Shown here in pieces: positions 58,834 through 64,000 of a stretch of 64,000 nt of DNA. The stretch covers positions 1,221-65,220 of the forward strand of contig CAZFKS010000007.1 in NCBI GenBank assembly GCA_964519725.1, read 5' to 3'. Both the position numbers and the translations under genes were made by a program. Position 1 is the stretch's first letter; every line of letters begins with the position of its first letter. Source of the DNA: an uncultured Gammaproteobacteria bacterium. Lineage in GTDB: Bacteria > Patescibacteriota > Patescibacteriia > Magasanikbacterales > UBA922. The notes beneath the pieces are model-generated. The model had not been told where the DNA came from and did no database searches. It saw nothing but the letters and a program-made list of their open reading frames with translations.

Positions 58834-59781
58834 ATGTACGACTTGGTTATTATTGGTGCCGCCGCAGCTGGTTGCACAGCCGCTGTTTACGCTGCCCGCC
58901 GCAATTTAAATTTTATTATTATCACCAAAGATATTGGCGGTGAAGTGGCTCTATCTGGTGAAGTAGAAAACTGGCCTGGCCAAATTCACACGACTGGTAT
59001 TCAACTAGCGCAAGATTTTCACAAACACGCGGCCTCATATAATACTAATATTAAAAATGGGTTAATGGTAACTGCCATCAAACCTGCCGGTGGTGTGCAC
59101 GAAATTGAAACAGTTGACGGTGCTGGTAAAACTGAAACTTTCACTGCCAAAGCGGTAATTATTGGTAGTGGCATTCACCCTCGCACCTTAGGTATGCCCG
59201 GTGAAGATGAACTCCGCGGCAAAGGTGTTACCTACTGCACCGTTTGCGACGGCCCACTCTACAAAAAACGCACCACTATCACGGTTGGTTCTGGTAACTC
59301 AGCGCTTGAGTCTGCGCTCATGATGGCTGGTATTGCGAGCCAAGTTTATTTGCTTTCCAAATATCCAGATACCAAAGAAACTAATGGTGGTTTTCCAAAG
59401 GGTGAAAATATTTTAATTGATAAAATTAAAAAAACTCCTAACGTAAAAATTATTTACAGTGCGACCACCACTAAAATTTTAGGCACTGATTTTGTCACTG
59501 GCCTAGAATACACTGACGCCAGTGGGGTCGCCCAAACTCTCACCGCTGATGGCGTTATGGTTCACATTGGCATGATTCCAAACACTGACTTTGCCAAAAA
59601 TGTTGAACAAAACGCAGTCAAAGAAATTATTGTTTCGCAAAAATGTGAAACTTCAGTACCAGGAATTTTTGCGGCTGGTGATGTCACTAATATTCCTTAC
59701 AAACAAATCTCAATTGCCGCTGGCCAAGGTGCAGTCGCAGCGCTTGCGGCCATTGAATACATTAACCGTTTTGTTGAATGA
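58834..59781 (+). CDS. trxB: Thioredoxin reductase (NADPH, low-Mr type).
   Basis: [25 protein letters not shown] (FAD), the redox-active CTVCDG, and GSGNSALE (NADPH). The ORF-track start at 58747 overlaps rpe. The ATG at 58834 is preferred. Confidence 0.9.
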   Translation: MYDLVIIGAAAAGCTAAVYAARRNLNFIIITKDIGGEVALSGEVENWPGQIHTTGIQLAQDFHKHAASYNTNIKNGLMVTAIKPAGGVHEIETVDGAGKTETFTAKAVIIGSGIHPRTLGMPGEDELRGKGVTYCTVCDGPLYKKRTTITVGSGNSALESALMMAGIASQVYLLSKYPDTKETNGGFPKGENILIDKIKKTPNVKIIYSATTTKILGTDFVTGLEYTDASGVAQTLTADGVMVHIGMIPNTDFAKNVEQNAVKEIIVSQKCETSVPGIFAAGDVTNIPYKQISIAAGQGAVAALAAIEYINRFVE

Positions 59782-61379
59782 AAGCCTGGCTTTTAAAGAA
59801 TAAATTTCTCGCTACACTCTTAATTTTACTGGTTGGGCAATTTTTCTTTATCTCACCACTCGGCGAATTTCCTCTCAACGATGATTGGGTACACGCGGAA
59901 ATGGTGCAACATTGGTCTGACACTGGCTTGTTTCGACTCAACCCCTACGTTGGCCCACTTCTCTACACCCAATTAATTTACGGCACAGCGCTAAGTAAAA
60001 TTTTTGGATTCTCCTTTACCTTACTTCGTTTTTCTAGTTTGGCGCTCATGGGCGGCCTCGTGATTGGTTTATTTCTCTGGCTCAAAAAACAAACCAATAA
60101 TGAACCACTTGCTTTTTTTAGTGCCTTGCTAATTTGGCTAAACCCAATTGCTTACAGTCTATCATTCACCTTCATGACCGACGTGCCAGCACTCGCGGTT
60201 TTATTTTTTTCAATTGCGGCTTTTTACACTGGCGCCAGCAAACAGAAAACTACTTACTTCTGGCTCGGTGGTTTACTCGCAGCCGCAGGCTTTTTCATTC
60301 GCCAAACCACCATTTTAATTTTACCTGCCGCTGGCGTACTCTGGTTAATACAAAAACCGATTCGAAAATTAAAATTCCTATTACCAATTGTAATCCCCGG
60401 CTTAACTGCGGTAGCGATTTATTACTGGCTTGGCCAACATAATTTAATTGGTGAAGGCACTAGTTATCATGAGATTGAAAACAAAACTGAATTGCTTAAA
60501 CACGCACTCTGGTGGGGTGTTTACACCATGCTCTACCTGGGTTTATTTTTACTTCCACTTTCAATTTCGCTTTTCAAAAAAGTAAAAACTTGGTGGTATC
60601 TAAATTTTGGCGCGCTTGGCACAACTTTTTCCCTCTGGCTCTGGCTGCGTCGTCACGAATCGTTCCCCTATGTTGGGAACACTATTAATCACTTTGGTCT
60701 TGGTCCATACACTGATGTTTTAAGTGGTACATTTGTTCCATTATTTCCAAGCGCTGTCTGGATAACAACCTCACTCCTGGCTGGTTTTGGGGCTGGTTTA
60801 CTCACGTTTATTATTGGCCAGTGGCTCATTACTAAAAAAACTTACCAGAGTAAACATTTTTTCATTTTATTTTTTGCTCTAATTTTTACTGCCCCAATTT
60901 TATACGTCACTAGTTTTGACCGTTATTTTCTACCACTCACTTTGGCCGGAATTATCATGCTTAATTTAGAATTTAAAAATAATAAACCACATTGGCTCAG
61001 CTGGTCACTTCTCTTAATCATGGCTGGTTACACTTTGACCCAAACTCAATTTTATTTAAATTGGAACCGCGTTCGCGCCGAATTAGTTACGAGCGCCTTT
61101 ACTGATCATGGCGCCAAAATCGACACCCTTGATTCTGGTTACGAATGGACTGGTTACTATGATTATTGGCTCGCCACCCAGGAACCAAAAAACTACCGCT
61201 GGCCAGCTGGTAGTCCGTGGTGGGTCAAAAATTTAATGATTAATATTAATCGCGACCAAGTGATCACTGCTTCGCCGCTACCCAATTATCACACTGTGGA
61301 AACACGCACAGTGTGGGGTCTAAATCCCAATCACACTCTATACTTGCAGCAGAAAAATGACGTGTCTGACCAAAAGTGA
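59778..61379 (+). CDS. Second GT39/ArnT/PMT-like polytopic membrane glycosyltransferase.
   Basis: 533 aa with about 12 TM. The first loop has …FFISPLGEFPLNDDWVHAEMVQHW…, DD/aromatic-type as in the PMT and ArnT families. Confidence 0.75.
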   Translation: MKAWLLKNKFLATLLILLVGQFFFISPLGEFPLNDDWVHAEMVQHWSDTGLFRLNPYVGPLLYTQLIYGTALSKIFGFSFTLLRFSSLALMGGLVIGLFLWLKKQTNNEPLAFFSALLIWLNPIAYSLSFTFMTDVPALAVLFFSIAAFYTGASKQKTTYFWLGGLLAAAGFFIRQTTILILPAAGVLWLIQKPIRKLKFLLPIVIPGLTAVAIYYWLGQHNLIGEGTSYHEIENKTELLKHALWWGVYTMLYLGLFLLPLSISLFKKVKTWWYLNFGALGTTFSLWLWLRRHESFPYVGNTINHFGLGPYTDVLSGTFVPLFPSAVWITTSLLAGFGAGLLTFIIGQWLITKKTYQSKHFFILFFALIFTAPILYVTSFDRYFLPLTLAGIIMLNLEFKNNKPHWLSWSLLLIMAGYTLTQTQFYLNWNRVRAELVTSAFTDHGAKIDTLDSGYEWTGYYDYWLATQEPKNYRWPAGSPWWVKNLMININRDQVITASPLPNYHTVETRTVWGLNPNHTLYLQQKNDVSDQK

Positions 61380-61403
61380 TACAATTTCTTTATAACCTCT
61401 TGT

Positions 61404-61715
61404 ATGCTTTTAGAAACTTGGTTCCCTTATATTCCAACTTCATCAGTCCCAGAAACACTGGTCTATGTGGTCGGCGCGCTTGGGGCTGTTCTCCTGATTT
61501 ACGCGATTTTTTTGGACGTGGAAACGCGCCAAGATTTGGTCATGCTAATTGGCGCGACCGCCTTACTCGTTTACGCTCTATTCTTGCGCAACTTAATTTT
61601 CTCTGTGGCCATGGCTGGTGTTGCCCTAGCCTCAATCTTCGAATTTGTGGAAATTTATACTGGTCTCCACAAACATAGTCCTAAAGATTTTGAACGGGTA
61701 AAAAAATTAAAATAA
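61404..61715 (+). CDS. Small hypothetical membrane protein.
   Basis: 103 aa with 2-3 TM. Preferred over the overlapping frame 61376..61678, which has non-protein-like composition. Confidence 0.4.
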   Translation: MLLETWFPYIPTSSVPETLVYVVGALGAVLLIYAIFLDVETRQDLVMLIGATALLVYALFLRNLIFSVAMAGVALASIFEFVEIYTGLHKHSPKDFERVKKLK

Positions 61716-61716
61716 T

Positions 61717-62646
61717 ATGGCCTCGGTTTTAACTATTGGCGACGCAACCCTTGATACTTTTCTCAATATTCACGATGCCACGGTTCAGTGCGATTTGCAG
61801 AAAAAAAATTGTCAGCTTTGTTTTTCTTACGCGGAAAAAATTCCCATTCACGAGTCTATTCAAAGTGCGGGCGGCAATGCGATTAATGTTGCGGTTGGAC
61901 TCAGTAAATTAGGGGTTAAAACAGCCGTGGCTTCAGAAATTGGCCAGGATAATAATGGTAATTTAATTGTGGAGGCCCTCAAAAAAACCAAGGTTAGTGA
62001 CCGCGAAATTAAGCGTGATAAAAAAACTTCAACCCGCTATTCAGTAATCTTAAATTTCAAAGGTGAACGCACTATTCTGGGCTTTCATCCACCACACACC
62101 TATAAACCACTGAATTTAAAAAATAACTACGACTGGATTTACTACTCTTCGCTTGGTCCAAGTTTTGAAACCATTCAAGTTAGTTTGAAAAAATATTTAG
62201 CGAAACACAAAAAAGCTACTTTGGTCATGAATCCAGGCTCATACCAATTAAAGGAAAAATTGCCTGAGGTAAAAAAAATATTACCACTCACTAATGTTTT
62301 AATTGTTAACCGCGAAGAAGCCGAAACATTAGTTGGTAAAACCAAAGATACAGAGCAACTCGCCAAAAAATTACTAAACACCGGTCCCCAAATAGTGGCC
62401 ATTACTGACGGCGCGCGCGGTGCTTACGCTGCGACCACGCATGGTTTTTATTTTGCCCCTCCCCTTCCAATCAAACCAATTTCTACCACTGGCGCTGGCG
62501 ATGCGTTTTCGAGTGGCTTCCTAGCCGCTTTGGTTAAAGGTAAAGATTTAAAAAATGCCCTACACTGGGGCATCAAAAATTCTTCAAGCGTAATCCAACA
62601 TTTTGGCGCTCAAACCGGCCTTCTCTCTGTCAAAGACCTCAAATAA
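61717..62646 (+). CDS. PfkB-family carbohydrate or nucleoside kinase (ribokinase or adenosine-kinase-like).
   Basis: GGNAINVAVGLSKLG (the GG motif) and C-terminal TGAGDAFSSGF (the anion hole). Confidence 0.85.
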   Translation: MASVLTIGDATLDTFLNIHDATVQCDLQKKNCQLCFSYAEKIPIHESIQSAGGNAINVAVGLSKLGVKTAVASEIGQDNNGNLIVEALKKTKVSDREIKRDKKTSTRYSVILNFKGERTILGFHPPHTYKPLNLKNNYDWIYYSSLGPSFETIQVSLKKYLAKHKKATLVMNPGSYQLKEKLPEVKKILPLTNVLIVNREEAETLVGKTKDTEQLAKKLLNTGPQIVAITDGARGAYAATTHGFYFAPPLPIKPISTTGAGDAFSSGFLAALVKGKDLKNALHWGIKNSSSVIQHFGAQTGLLSVKDLK

Positions 62647-63339
62647 TTACAGCAAGTGGAGCATACTGCGTGCGACCAGTTCTTTTTTGCGTCCCACAAA
62701 ATGATCATGCGCACTGCACACGGCTTCAAAGTCGAGGGCCGGGCCAAGTGACGCAATCCCTAATTCAAGATCACGCACATGCTGCCTAATTTCCCGCGCC
62801 AACCCCAAATTTTCTTCCTGCTCAGCTAGTTTTTTCAGGCGGGTAAGTTCGCCCTCAATGGTGGCATAACGTTCAGTGTAATATGCAATCCGCTTTTCAT
62901 ACAATTTACGGTCAGCTAAAAGAGCGGCCTGTCGAGCAAAAGCCCGAATGTCACACATAATATCTACCAATAGTTCATGTAGTTCAGTTCGCTCTTCAAC
63001 CGTAAACGCTTTGGCACCCTCGCCACTATACAAAGCTGTCCAGCTGCCACTTTTGCGATATTTTTCGTACGCTGCCCTCAAACTATAGGAAGCCTTGCGA
63101 GTAAGCAAAGTTTCACCCATTTTTTTCAAATACGTTTGAACTAACTCTTCAAACGCCTGCGTGTAGGGCCACAATTCTTTGGCGTACTTAATAATTACAT
63201 CTTCAACCTCGGTCACAGTTTGCGGTGTACGCGCCAGCCGTTCTAATTCATGCTCCAAATTAGCCTTAGTTGGTTCAGGCACTAGCGGTGGCAAATTAAA
63301 ATACAGTCGTTCAAGAAAATGCGCGGTAAATTCTGACAT
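62647..63339 (-). CDS. Hypothetical soluble alpha-helical protein.
   Basis: 230 aa with no motif recognised. Confidence 0.4.
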   Translation of the reverse strand: MSEFTAHFLERLYFNLPPLVPEPTKANLEHELERLARTPQTVTEVEDVIIKYAKELWPYTQAFEELVQTYLKKMGETLLTRKASYSLRAAYEKYRKSGSWTALYSGEGAKAFTVEERTELHELLVDIMCDIRAFARQAALLADRKLYEKRIAYYTERYATIEGELTRLKKLAEQEENLGLAREIRQHVRDLELGIASLGPALDFEAVCSAHDHFVGRKKELVARSMLHLL

Positions 63340-63358
63340 ACGTGGTCATTATACCACA

Positions 63359-63829
63359 TTATTTGCGCAGTGACTCACCAATTACATACATGGCAATCCC
63401 CGCGGCCACACTCACATTTAAACTTTCTTTTTTACCATACATTGGAATATGCACCACCTCATCAGCCAGCGCTAAAATTTTCCGGTCCACACCATCTACT
63501 TCATTCCCAACCACTAAAGCAAGTGGTCCACAAAATTTAACTGTACCCAAATCCACACTTTGTTCGTTTTTCTCCAAGGCCACAATTCGTACACCAGCGG
63601 CTTTTAATTTTTTCACTAGCCGCACAGTATCTTTGACCTGCTTCCAGGGCATCCATTTTTCCGCGCCAAGTGAAACTTTATCAATCTGTGGTTTTGGTGG
63701 CGTCGCTGTATAACCCGTCAAATATAAAAAATCCACACCACACGCATCGGCTGTCCTAAATAAAGCCCCAACATTATGACAGGACCGAATATCTGGCAAC
63801 ACTAAACTAAACTGAGGTACGGTCTTCAT
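63359..63829 (-). CDS. trmL: SpoU/TrmH-family tRNA/rRNA 2'-O-methyltransferase, TrmL-sized at 156 aa.
   Basis: …CHNVGALFRTADACGV… and …VGNEVDGVD…IPMYGKKESLNVSVAAGIAMY are the SPOUT knot motifs. Confidence 0.75.
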   Translation of the reverse strand: MKTVPQFSLVLPDIRSCHNVGALFRTADACGVDFLYLTGYTATPPKPQIDKVSLGAEKWMPWKQVKDTVRLVKKLKAAGVRIVALEKNEQSVDLGTVKFCGPLALVVGNEVDGVDRKILALADEVVHIPMYGKKESLNVSVAAGIAMYVIGESLRK

Positions 63830-63831
63830 AC

Positions 63832-64000
63832 CCCTGGTAAATCCCCAGCTTGGTCAAGCAAAGTGAGTAGTCCTGGATTTTTAGCGTGCAAATATCCAAA
63901 AACTTTTTGGTACCGAGCCCGATCCCGATCACTTTTTAAATTTTCAATTAGTAACCGCAAAGCAATCATTGTATCTTCATCAACTTCTAGCCCATCATCA
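63832..64000 (-). CDS. 3' end of a minus-strand gene whose start lies beyond the right window edge. Function unknown.
   Basis: There is an open minus-strand frame across 63832-64000 (…MIALRLLIENLKSDRDRARYQKVFGYLHAKNPGLLTLLDQAGDLPG*) that stops just upstream of trmL. Confidence 0.3.

Noticed and set aside
61376-61678. Alternative 100-aa ORF overlapping the small membrane protein gene.
   Set aside because: Arg/Cys-rich composition, non-protein-like. The other frame (61404..61715) encodes a plausible membrane protein.

Overview
This 64-kb window is gene-dense, about 40% GC, and reads like a small streamlined bacterial genome (my inference: Patescibacteria/CPR-like). Evidence for that: short EF-Ts, a 4-domain S1, L25 of the Ctc form, ThrRS without its N-terminal TGS domain, two GT39-type glycosyltransferases, a type IV pilus ATPase, huge surface proteins, and TAA as the dominant stop codon. 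Most of the window is translation and replication housekeeping: tsf-rpsB, rpmE-prfA-prmC, rplY, ftsW/rodA, gyrB, secE-nusG-rplK-[2-hydroxyacid dehydrogenase]-rplA, gatB, miaA, thrS, pilB, ftsH, rpsA, gyrA, ruvA, ileS, and rpiB-rpe-trxB. There is also a compact dTMP operon: dCMP deaminase, a P-loop kinase, dut, thyA, folA and tmk. Six things stood out as less ordinary:
1. Two adjacent giant minus-strand surface proteins at the left edge. One is a glycine-rich beta-helix-like protein. The other carries BNR/Asp-box repeats, FN3 domains and two peptidoglycan-binding domains.
2. A minus-strand block of PilB ATPase with three uncharacterised membrane or extracytoplasmic proteins.
3. Two candidate T-box leaders, one upstream of thrS (specifier ACC, UGGA bulge) and one upstream of ileS (specifier AUC, UGGU bulge). 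Each has a canonical 7-nt-bulge antiterminator. Both are read from the minus strand.
4. A roughly 300-nt GC-rich, hairpin-dense noncoding locus between ileS and rpiB that I could not assign to RNase P, tmRNA or SRP by eye.
5. A divergent three-gene enzyme cluster: a PAPS-reductase-like PP-loop ATPase, a 525-aa unknown protein, and an ATP-grasp ligase, with a palindromic operator-like site in the shared intergenic region. This is my best candidate for an undescribed modification or ligation system.
6. Several near-consensus sigma70 promoters (TTGACA-N17-18-TAnAnT) overlapping intrinsic terminators.
I saw no rRNA, canonical tRNA, CRISPR array or mobile element.
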